In this document: in pieces, positions 43,499 through 51,188 of the stretch
Layout: every line of letters starts with the position of its first letter
Position numbering within the stretch: the first letter of the stretch is position 1
Assembly: GCA_005792545.1 (NCBI GenBank)
Contig: SXRM01000383.1
Location: forward strand, 10,562-74,561
Length of the DNA: 64,000 bases
Direction of reading: 5' to 3'
DNA from: Pseudomonadota bacterium
Lineage (GTDB): Bacteria; Myxococcota_A; UBA9042
Notes under the pieces: model-generated
The model's input: the letters and a program-made list of their open reading frames with translations, nothing else
Told to the model about the DNA's origin: nothing
Database searches by the model: none
Made by a program: the position numbers and the translations under genes

Positions 43499-43639
43499 TT
43501 AGGGCTCGCAAAAATCTACTCGATTTTCTGCGGGCGCCCATTTGCCAGCTCAGTGGGTCGCAAGCTCGCGTCTTTGCAAGCCGGCTCGCCGCTCCGCCGT
43601 CTGCCGAGGTCGACTGAGTTATTCTCTGACATGCCCTTA
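43499..43639 (+). repeat. MITE/REP-like intergenic repeat, copy 4
   Basis: TTAGGGCTCGCAAAAATCTACTCGATTTTCTGC…CAGCTCAGTGGGTCGCAAGCTCGCGTCTTTGCAAGCCGGCTCGCCGCTCCGCCGTCTGCCGAGGTCGACTGAGTT…GACATGCCCTTA. It occupies the gap between convergent genes. Confidence 0.85.
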
Positions 43640-44932
43640 CCAGCTCAAGTCCGCCCCCACCGCTAGACGCACTTCCAACTCGCTGTACAGCGGCGATGTG
43701 CCCTCTGGCACCACTTCGCGTACCCGCCACTTGCGGCCGACCGCGCACTGCGCGTACCACGGACCCTGCACCCACAGCTTGGCCGCCAGGTTGCCCGTCC
43801 ATTGCAGCGGGTCGCCTGGGCCGCGGTCGAAAAACACCTTGGCCACCATGGCGTTGAGCTGCAGCTTCTTGTTGGGATCGGTGCCCAGCCACGCCGTCGC
43901 GTCCAGGCGCCGGTCGTGCAGCCAGTCGACCACGCCGGCAAAGCGAAACTTGTAGGCGCGCGCCCACTCGACCGAAGCCCGCACCCCGGCAGTCGCCTTG
44001 TTGGTCGCCGCCGCGTTGCGGGCAGTCGGGCCGCGCAAGCTCCGGGTCTGCAGCTCGTAGAGCGTGCCAAACCAGCCGGGCAGGTAGGGGCTGCCAAACG
44101 GCGCGACCACCCGGCTCTCCAGCGTCAGCACGGTGGCCAGATCGCCGCGGCGGTGCCAGCTGGCGCCCATGTGCACGGCCAGCGCATCAGTGGCGTGGCC
44201 AGACACCGACAGATAGGTGGTCAGCGCCCGGCGGTCGTCGCCCCAGGCCACCAGCGACAGGTCCATCGCCAGCGCCGGCGCCTCTGGCCGCCACGGGCCG
44301 TCGTCGCGATGGGTCGAGGACTCCTTGCCGTCATGGCCGGTGACCTCGCGATCCCAGGCCGCCTGCAGCCCGAACCGCAGCTTACGCCAGTAGCCCGAGC
44401 TGACCGGCCGACCCCAAGCACGCACCGCCAGCAGATCCCAGCGCAGCACATCGTTGGTCAGCAACGACAGGCCAAAGTCGGGCTTCTGCACGTCGACCAG
44501 GGCGCCAGTGTGCCAGCTGTCGTACTGCCAGTTGTTGTAGTAGCGGTAGACCAGCTCGCCGTGGCCGAGCGAGACGCCGGTCAAGTCGCCCAGGTGCACA
44601 TTGACATCGCCGGACCAGCCGCCGTAGTCGAAAAAGCGCAGGATGCGACCGTAGTCGCCCATCTCGTCCCAGTCGGGGCAGCGCAAGCCCGGGGTCTTGC
44701 AGCCGTCTTTCGGGTCGCCGTCGAGCACGCGGTAGCGCAAGGGGGCGCCGAGGCCAAATTGCCAAGCGCCCGACTGCAGCCACAGCTGAGGGCTGAGATC
44801 GACAAAGCCGTCGCTGCCCAAAAAGCTGGTGCCGAATTCGGCTCCAGCACCAACCTTGGTGTCGTCGGCGAAGGCTGGACCGGCAACAAGGACGGCAACC
44901 GCGGCGACAGCCGCCTTCCAACCGCTGGTCAT
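43637..44932 (-). CDS. outer-membrane beta-barrel candidate (hypothetical, 431 aa)
   Basis: Signal is MTSGWKAAVAAVAVLVAGPAFA. The protein is W/Y/G-rich with alternating segments and ends …AVGADLSW. Its ATG overlaps the xerC/D stop (ATGA). Confidence 0.6.
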   Translation of the reverse strand: MTSGWKAAVAAVAVLVAGPAFADDTKVGAGAEFGTSFLGSDGFVDLSPQLWLQSGAWQFGLGAPLRYRVLDGDPKDGCKTPGLRCPDWDEMGDYGRILRFFDYGGWSGDVNVHLGDLTGVSLGHGELVYRYYNNWQYDSWHTGALVDVQKPDFGLSLLTNDVLRWDLLAVRAWGRPVSSGYWRKLRFGLQAAWDREVTGHDGKESSTHRDDGPWRPEAPALAMDLSLVAWGDDRRALTTYLSVSGHATDALAVHMGASWHRRGDLATVLTLESRVVAPFGSPYLPGWFGTLYELQTRSLRGPTARNAAATNKATAGVRASVEWARAYKFRFAGVVDWLHDRRLDATAWLGTDPNKKLQLNAMVAKVFFDRGPGDPLQWTGNLAAKLWVQGPWYAQCAVGRKWRVREVVPEGTSPLYSELEVRLAVGADLSW

Positions 44933-45960
44933 GCCCTGGTTTCCGGCGGCAGCTTGGCGTGCGGGTGGGCCTTGTCGTACACGCGCATCAGGTGCGCGGT
45001 GCTGGCGTGGGTGTAGCGCTGGGTGGTTGACAGCCGAGCGTGCCCCAAAAGTTCTTGGACTTCGCGCACGTCGCTGCCGGCATCCAGCAGGTGGGTCGCG
45101 AACGAGTGGCGCAACGCGTGCGGGTTGATGGTCTTGTGCAGACCGGCCATCAAACAGCGCTTGTCGAGCATGCGGGCGACCGAGCGCGTCGACAGCCGGG
45201 AGCCGCGCCAGTTCAAGAACAGCGCCCGCTCGGCGTCCGGGCGCTGCGCCAGGGTCAGCGACCCCGACAGTACCCCGCGCTGGAGCAATTCGCGGCGGGC
45301 CGGCAGCCACGCCTGCAGCGCCGCCTGGGCCTTGGTGCCGTAGGGCACGATGCGGGTCTTTTTGCCTTTGCCGCGCACGCGCAGCAGCCGTTCATCGTCG
45401 CGGGCGTGGACGACGTCGAGGCCCACCAGCTCCGACACCCGCAGCCCCGCTCCGTACATCAGCTCCAAGATGGCGACGTCGCGCAGCTGCAACAGCGGAT
45501 CGCCGTCGTCGCCGTCGAGCGGACGCGACAAAAGTGCAATGATCTCGTCAATGCTCAGCATCCGCGGCAGGCTCTTGCGCTGGCGCGGGCCGCGCAGGCC
45601 GTCGAGCGGGTTGCTCTCAGTCCAGCCCAGCTGCAGCAGGAACCGGTAGAAGGTGCGCAGGGCACTGAGCCGCCGCGCCACCGAAGCCGGAGCCAGGGCG
45701 TCGTGCAAGGCCTCGGCGTAGTCGTGCAGGTCGTCGCGGCTGGCGACCTCGGCGGCGACGTGGCGCTGCTTGCAGAACTCGGCGAAGTGTTGGAGGTCGA
45801 CGCGGTACGCGCGGACGGAGTGCTCCGACAGGTGGCGCTCGACCACCAACGCGTCCAGAAACGCGGCGACCGGGTCGCGCGCGGTGGTTTTTTTGGCCGG
45901 GGTCGCCGGTGCGCGGTAGCCGAAAGGTGGGGTCGAGCCGTCCATGCGGCGATTGTGCAT
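44929..45960 (-). CDS. site-specific tyrosine recombinase XerC/XerD family
   Basis: …AFLDALVVERHLSEHSVRAYRVDL…, …GLRVSELVGLD…, …HALRHSFATHLL…, …LLGHARLSTTQRYTH…. The R-H-R-Y catalytic signature is present. The start is 45960 or 45945. Confidence 0.88.
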   Translation of the reverse strand: MHNRRMDGSTPPFGYRAPATPAKKTTARDPVAAFLDALVVERHLSEHSVRAYRVDLQHFAEFCKQRHVAAEVASRDDLHDYAEALHDALAPASVARRLSALRTFYRFLLQLGWTESNPLDGLRGPRQRKSLPRMLSIDEIIALLSRPLDGDDGDPLLQLRDVAILELMYGAGLRVSELVGLDVVHARDDERLLRVRGKGKKTRIVPYGTKAQAALQAWLPARRELLQRGVLSGSLTLAQRPDAERALFLNWRGSRLSTRSVARMLDKRCLMAGLHKTINPHALRHSFATHLLDAGSDVREVQELLGHARLSTTQRYTHASTAHLMRVYDKAHPHAKLPPETRA

Positions 45961-46053
45961 CGCGGGGGGCGGGTGTCGATTTTTTGACCGATCGCCCCTC
46001 CGCCTCGCCTGGTGTAGACTGCCACGACCCGCCGCCGCGGGCCTGCACGTGCC

Positions 46054-46602
46054 GTGTCCACGCCCTTTCGCTGCCAAATCCGCCTGGGGCTGTCCGACCT
46101 GGACCGCAACGTGTACGCCCAGCGCACGGTCGCCATCGCGCAGTTTCCCGACGAACCGGACCAGCACGTGCTGCTGCGCTTTTTGTGCTGGGTGTGGTTC
46201 TACGACGAGGCGCTGCAAGACGGCCAGGGTTGGCTCGACCAGAACCAGGCCGACCTGTGGGCCGCGGATCTGACTGGGGCGCTGACGCTGTGGATCGAGT
46301 GCGGCCCGCCGCCGCTCAAGCGCCTGTGCAAGGCCCTGGGCCGGTCGCGGACCGCGCGCTTTGTTGCACTGTGCGCCACAGAAGCGGAGGCGACGGACTT
46401 GCGCAAAGCGTTGCGTGCGGAGAAGCCGCGCCACTTGGAGCGCGTGGAACTGTTTTTCGTGGATCCGGAGTTCCTGGAGTGGCTGGAGGCCCACGGCCGC
46501 CGCAACATGGACTGGACCGCCACGCTATCGGACGGCACCTTGTACCTGGACTGCGACGGCAACACCCACCAGTGTCAGTTGCACCCGATCGCGGTGGCCT
46601 GA
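46054..46602 (+). CDS. yaeQ: YaeQ family protein
   Basis: …FRCQIRLGLSDLDRNVYAQRTVAIAQFPDEPDQHVLLRFLCW… and …LWIECG… resemble the YaeQ N-terminal pattern. Length 182 aa. Confidence 0.7.
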   Translation: MSTPFRCQIRLGLSDLDRNVYAQRTVAIAQFPDEPDQHVLLRFLCWVWFYDEALQDGQGWLDQNQADLWAADLTGALTLWIECGPPPLKRLCKALGRSRTARFVALCATEAEATDLRKALRAEKPRHLERVELFFVDPEFLEWLEAHGRRNMDWTATLSDGTLYLDCDGNTHQCQLHPIAVA

Positions 46603-46621
46603 CCGACGCCAACGGAAGCCC

Positions 46622-47806
46622 ATGAACGAAATCGTTTTTTTCCTGGAACGCCGCGAGGCTACTTATCTGTCGCGCCTGCGTTCGCTGGTCGACATCAACA
46701 GCGGCCTCGACAACCCCGCGGGCCGAGATCGCATCCTTGCACAACTGGAAATCGTCTACAAAACGCTAGGTTTTGCGTGCGAGCGGGTAGCGCGCCCAGG
46801 CGACATGACCCACCTGGTGGCCCGCCGACCGGCGACCAAGCCCGACGCACCCAAGGTTCTGATTCTCGGCCACTTTGACACGGTGTACGACTCGACCAGC
46901 TCGTTTCAGACCTTCAGCGAACAGGGGCCATGGCTGGCTGGTCCGGGCGTTGGCGATATGAAAGGCGGTCTGGTGGTGGCGCAGGCCGCGCTGGAGGCGC
47001 TCTATCACGTCGGCCACCTGGGCGACTTTGACTGGGTGTGCTGCCACAACGCCGACGAGGAAATTCAGTCGCCGACGTCGCGTGAGCTGATCGAACAGTG
47101 CGCCGCCGACCGCGACCTGTGCCTGGACTTCGAGATCGGCCGCAAGACCGGGGCGGTGGTGCGATCGCGCTCGGGTGTGGGGCGGTTTTTCGTGACCGTG
47201 CACGGCAAGAGCGCCCATGCCGGTATGGATCACGGCGCTGGCGTCAACGCCATCGTGGGGCTGGCCAAGATCATCGTGCAGTTGGCCGAGCTGACAGACC
47301 CGAGCCGCGGCACCACGGTCAACGTCGGCGTGGTCAAGGGCGGCACCAAGCGCAATGTGGTGCCCGACGAGGCCAAGGCCGAGGTTGACGTGCGGGTGCA
47401 GACGCTCGACGAAGGCGAACGCATTGAGCGCAGGGTCCGCGAGATCTGCAAGGGCGAACCGGTGCCAGGTGCGCGTGTTGAGCTGGTGGGCGGCATCGGC
47501 AGGCCGCCGTGGCAGCGCAACTCGGCATGCGACAAGCTGATCGCCCATTTTCAGCGGGTGGCCGACGAACACGGGATCAAGCTCGGCGCCGAAGACACCG
47601 GCGGCGGGTCCGATGCCAACTTCACGGCGGTGCTCGGCATCGCCACCATCGACGGCCTGGGGCCGGTGGGCGAAAAACCGCACACGTTTGACGAACGCAT
47701 CCAGCGCCACTCGGTCGTCGAGCGGGCCAAGCTGGTGGCGCTAGCGCTGCTGACCTACAAGCCGGACCGCGATGGCAGCGTAGCCGACCCGCGCGACGTC
47801 AACTGA
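46622..47806 (+). CDS. M20-family metallopeptidase (carboxypeptidase G2-like)
   Basis: …VLILGHFDTVY…, …GPGVGDMKGGLVVA…, …NADEEIQS…, …GKSAHAG…. ATG at 46622. Confidence 0.82.
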   Translation: MNEIVFFLERREATYLSRLRSLVDINSGLDNPAGRDRILAQLEIVYKTLGFACERVARPGDMTHLVARRPATKPDAPKVLILGHFDTVYDSTSSFQTFSEQGPWLAGPGVGDMKGGLVVAQAALEALYHVGHLGDFDWVCCHNADEEIQSPTSRELIEQCAADRDLCLDFEIGRKTGAVVRSRSGVGRFFVTVHGKSAHAGMDHGAGVNAIVGLAKIIVQLAELTDPSRGTTVNVGVVKGGTKRNVVPDEAKAEVDVRVQTLDEGERIERRVREICKGEPVPGARVELVGGIGRPPWQRNSACDKLIAHFQRVADEHGIKLGAEDTGGGSDANFTAVLGIATIDGLGPVGEKPHTFDERIQRHSVVERAKLVALALLTYKPDRDGSVADPRDVN

Positions 47807-47917
47807 CAACCGCGCACAGCGCTTGCGGTTTGGCGCTTGCCGTTTGCTTAGGGCGCCGCCGCAGCCAATACTGCCCGTGGACCCGCGCCGACCCCGCCGG
47901 GCACCGCCAAGGAATGC

Positions 47918-50209
47918 GTGGCTTCGGTCTACTTGCTGCAACCGCCGATCCTGCTGCACGGCGCGTTCATCGACTACCCGTATTTCGCCAGCCTGGGGCT
48001 GTGGCAGGCGGCGGCGGCGCTGCGCGCGGCGGGGCACACGGTCGCCGTCATCGATGCGCTGTGTCAGCCATCGTCGGGGCTGCTCGCCGAATCGGGCGGC
48101 ATGGTTCGCCTGGGGATTCCATTCTCGGGGTTTCTGGCCAAGCTGCCGACAACTGCGCCCGAAGTGGTGGTGGTCGGCCACAGCCCGTGGCTGCGCGCGC
48201 GACCGGCAGCAGCGGAGCTCAAGCGCCTGGCCGCGCACCTGCACGAAAAATGGCCAGACGCCCAGCTGGTGCTCGCCGACTGCGACGTCGGCGGCATGCA
48301 CTACATTGAGTGGGGGCAGGCGGAGCTCGACGAGCTGGGCTTTACCTGGGGCTGCAAGTACGAAGCGGACGTGACCCTGCCGACCCTGGTGGCGCAGCTG
48401 GCCGCGGGCCAGCTGCCGGCCGATCGCCTCGCGGTCGGTCCGCCCGGCGACGAGGCGCTCGACGACCTGCCGCTGCCAGCCTATGACCTGGTGGACCTGG
48501 GTGCCTTTCAAAAGTTCCTGGGGCGGACGGCCAAGGCCCGACACAAGCAAGAGATTTTTGACCTCGGCCCGCCGATGGTCGCCATCAAGACCAGCCGCGG
48601 CTGCGTGTACCAATGCAACTTTTGCACCAGCAATCCGTGGCAGCGCGCGGGGCTTGCGGGCAAGGCTTACCGGCGGCACAGCGCGGCGCAGCTCGACGCC
48701 CACGCGCAGTTGCTGACGCAGACCTACGGCATCCGGCGCTGGGTGGTGCTGGACGAGCTGGTCAACGTGCACCCGGGGCACTTTGACGCGCTGCTCGACG
48801 TGGCCGAGCGGCATGGGCTGCGGCTGGATTTTCCCAACGGCATGCGCGCCGACCGGCTGAACGAGGGCCAGGTCGCGCGGCTGGCCAGCCTGTGCCCGGT
48901 GCTGTCGATCTCGGCCGAGTCGGCCAACGAGCGCGTGGCCAATGACGTCATCGGCAAGAAATTCGACCTGTCGGCCACCGAACGGGTCGCTGGCTGGTGC
49001 CGGCAGTACGGTCTGCGGCTGGTGGTGCACTGGATGATCGGCCAGCCGAGCGAGACCCGCGCCGAGATCAAGCGCACGCTGCAGACCGCCTGGGATCTGT
49101 ACGAAGCCTTTGGTGCTGAGCCGCTTTTGCAGTTCGCAACGCCGATTCTGGGCACCGCGCTGCACAAGACAGCCACCGCCAACAACCTGTGGACAACTCG
49201 CGAAGACCTTGACATTGGTCCGCTTTTTCAAGGTCGCCCGCTGCTGCGCGGCCCCAACTGGGGGCCGGCCGACCTGTGGGCCTACAAGCGCGTGTTCGAG
49301 ACCAAGCTGGCGATGCACAAGCCGCGCAAGGTCATTATGAACACGACCTATGTCTGCAATAATCATTGCGTATTTTGCGCCACCGGCAACCGCAGCGACT
49401 GGCACGGCGAGACGGACAAGCAAATCGGCTTCTTGCGTGAGCGGCGCGAGCAGGGCTTTGACCTGTGCGACTTCGATGGCGGCGAGCCGACCACCAACCC
49501 CAAGCTGTTCGAGCTGATTCGCGCCGCCCGCGGCATGGGCTACCAGCAGGTCAACCTGACCACCAACGGCCGGATGATGGCCTTGGAGCGCAACGCCGAA
49601 AAAGTGGTGCGCTCGGGCATCACCTCGCTACTGGTGTCGCTGCACGGACCCAATGAAGCGGTGCACGAAGAGAACGTGCAGGCCAAGGGCGCGTTCGCAC
49701 AGACTATTTCTGGCATTCGCAACGCGCGGCCGCTGTGCGACCGGCTGGGCGTCGAGTTCGGCGTCAACGTGACGCTCACCAAGGTCAATACGCCGGTGCT
49801 GCTGGAATACGGGCAGCTGCTGGTCGATATGGGCGTCAAGCTCTGCAACGTGCAGTTCCTGACGCCGTTTGGCCGGGCCAGTGCCGAGTGCCAGCCGGAT
49901 CCGGCCGAAGCGGCGCAGCTGGTCATGCGCCTCATCGACCAGTTCGGCGACAAGATCCGCTTTCAGATCATCAACCTGCCGCTCTGTTACCTGCCCGGCT
50001 ACGAAGAGTATGGGCTCAGTGACATCGGCAAGCTGCAGCGGCACATGATTTTCGTCACCATGGACGACGTCAACCTGTTCGACTACTTGCAGAGCCGGCG
50101 CCGCCACGAGAAAGCCTGCGAGGACTGCCCGATGGCGGTGGCCTGCGAGGGCTTCTACTACTGGCCAGACGAGTGGCAAGACGAGGCGCGGGCGCGCTGG
50201 GGCGACTGA
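47918..50209 (+). CDS. fusion of a B12-binding-like/radical SAM domain with a second complete radical SAM domain
   Basis: There are two CxxxCxxC clusters: CVYQCNFC (nt 48602-48625) after an about 220-aa Rossmann-like N-domain, and CNNHCVFC (nt 49355-49378) followed by GGEPT and a Cys-rich tail CEDCPMAVACEGFYYW. The GTG start is preceded by AAGGA. Confidence 0.8.
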   Translation: MASVYLLQPPILLHGAFIDYPYFASLGLWQAAAALRAAGHTVAVIDALCQPSSGLLAESGGMVRLGIPFSGFLAKLPTTAPEVVVVGHSPWLRARPAAAELKRLAAHLHEKWPDAQLVLADCDVGGMHYIEWGQAELDELGFTWGCKYEADVTLPTLVAQLAAGQLPADRLAVGPPGDEALDDLPLPAYDLVDLGAFQKFLGRTAKARHKQEIFDLGPPMVAIKTSRGCVYQCNFCTSNPWQRAGLAGKAYRRHSAAQLDAHAQLLTQTYGIRRWVVLDELVNVHPGHFDALLDVAERHGLRLDFPNGMRADRLNEGQVARLASLCPVLSISAESANERVANDVIGKKFDLSATERVAGWCRQYGLRLVVHWMIGQPSETRAEIKRTLQTAWDLYEAFGAEPLLQFATPILGTALHKTATANNLWTTREDLDIGPLFQGRPLLRGPNWGPADLWAYKRVFETKLAMHKPRKVIMNTTYVCNNHCVFCATGNRSDWHGETDKQIGFLRERREQGFDLCDFDGGEPTTNPKLFELIRAARGMGYQQVNLTTNGRMMALERNAEKVVRSGITSLLVSLHGPNEAVHEENVQAKGAFAQTISGIRNARPLCDRLGVEFGVNVTLTKVNTPVLLEYGQLLVDMGVKLCNVQFLTPFGRASAECQPDPAEAAQLVMRLIDQFGDKIRFQIINLPLCYLPGYEEYGLSDIGKLQRHMIFVTMDDVNLFDYLQSRRRHEKACEDCPMAVACEGFYYWPDEWQDEARARWGD

Positions 50210-50270
50210 CCGGCCGGTCTGCCATCTGAACCTGACCCTGACCGCGAGCCTGACCCTGGCCGAGCCGCCG

Positions 50271-51143
50271 TCAGCCCGCCACCAATTCCGCCGGCCTGAC
50301 CCGCGCGTGACAGCCAACTTCGCCACAGGTCAGGCAATTGCGCGCCTGCTGCCAGCTGTGCAGCAGCACCTTGTGGTTGCGCACCAGCAGCTCGTCTGCG
50401 AGCAACCGGCCGTCTGCCAGGGCGAACGTCTTGCGCCACAGCTCATTTTCGCGTTGCCGCACGCCGGCTTGCACCCGCGTCTGGTCCTTACAGGCCCGGA
50501 TCTCACAGCGGACTTCGGCCGGCGCGCGGCCGTGCACGTCCACCAGCAGCTGGCCTTGCCCCACGCGGCAAGCGAGCCGCACCTCGTCGCGTGGCGCCAC
50601 TCGCAAGTCGACGTGGGGCCAGAACACGGTCGCGTCCAGACCCCACGGCTGATCGGCCGGCGGCGGCACCGCTTCTTTGCTGTGACCGTGGCGCTCCAGC
50701 ACCGTCCAGCCCAGGTGCGCAGCGAGGTCGAATAGCGCGTTGGAGAGCATGCACAGGCCGCCGCCGAGCGCGGGCACCAGGCAGCCGCCGCGCAACTCCA
50801 TGCCGTAGCGAAAGCCGCGACCGGCGGTCACCCGGCCGAGCGCCGTCCAGAACGACAGCGGCCGATCCGGGCCCAGCACCAGGCCGTCGAAGCACGGCGC
50901 GGCCAGCTGCAGATTGGCGTGCTTGCCAGCTTCAAGCCGCGGGTCGGCCGCCGCGTCGCCCCGGTCGATGGTTACCGTGCGCCAACCGTGCAGCTTGTCG
51001 AAACCGCCATCGGCGAAGGCATAGCGCGGCGGCGGGTAGGCAGCGGGCCGGCGCACATGGTCCCACAGCCGCTCTGCGCGGCGCACGTTGACCTTGGCGT
51101 CGCGCCACCACAGTTGCAACGGGCCTTGATCGCGCAGCGTCAT
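50271..51143 (-). CDS. VanW-family protein
   Basis: …PLSFWTALGRVTAGRGFRYGMELRGGCLVPALGGGLCMLSNALF… matches the VanW core (FSF…G.…GY…GGG.CQ.S). Confidence 0.7.
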   Translation of the reverse strand: MTLRDQGPLQLWWRDAKVNVRRAERLWDHVRRPAAYPPPRYAFADGGFDKLHGWRTVTIDRGDAAADPRLEAGKHANLQLAAPCFDGLVLGPDRPLSFWTALGRVTAGRGFRYGMELRGGCLVPALGGGLCMLSNALFDLAAHLGWTVLERHGHSKEAVPPPADQPWGLDATVFWPHVDLRVAPRDEVRLACRVGQGQLLVDVHGRAPAEVRCEIRACKDQTRVQAGVRQRENELWRKTFALADGRLLADELLVRNHKVLLHSWQQARNCLTCGEVGCHARVRPAELVAG

Positions 51144-51188
51144 CGTCCCCCTCCCGGCCGGCTGCGACGCGCCAGCGGGCGGTTTGGC

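Noticed and set aside
43368-43967. ORFs sharing peptide strings (…TRACDPLSWQMGARRKSSRF… in 43368..43967 and 63494..63829; …WVA.SRLCKP.RRSA..RGRLS… in 29287..29502 and 43542..43955), which could be read as a small conserved protein family
   Set aside because: The similarity is entirely due to translation across copies of the about 140-bp repeat. The frames are not conserved outside the element, there is no RBS, and the inverted copies would not encode them.
44929-45960. Tyrosine recombinase as a marker of an integrated mobile element or prophage
   Set aside because: It has the XerC/XerD-type N-terminal core-binding and catalytic motifs. Its neighbours are ordinary chromosomal genes, with no att-like direct repeats, phage genes or adjacent tRNA. 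The tRNA pair at 62.8-63.0 kb has no integrase next to it.
47842-47856. Isolated TTAGGGC motif (GTTTGCTTAGGGCGCC) upstream of the radical-SAM gene as an eighth repeat copy
   Set aside because: Only the 7-nt terminus matches. No hairpin or core follows, so it is most likely chance or an unrecognisable remnant.
47741-49423. 560-aa minus-strand ORF opposite the radical-SAM gene
   Set aside because: It is an antisense artefact. The + frame carries two CxxxCxxC clusters and GGEPT.
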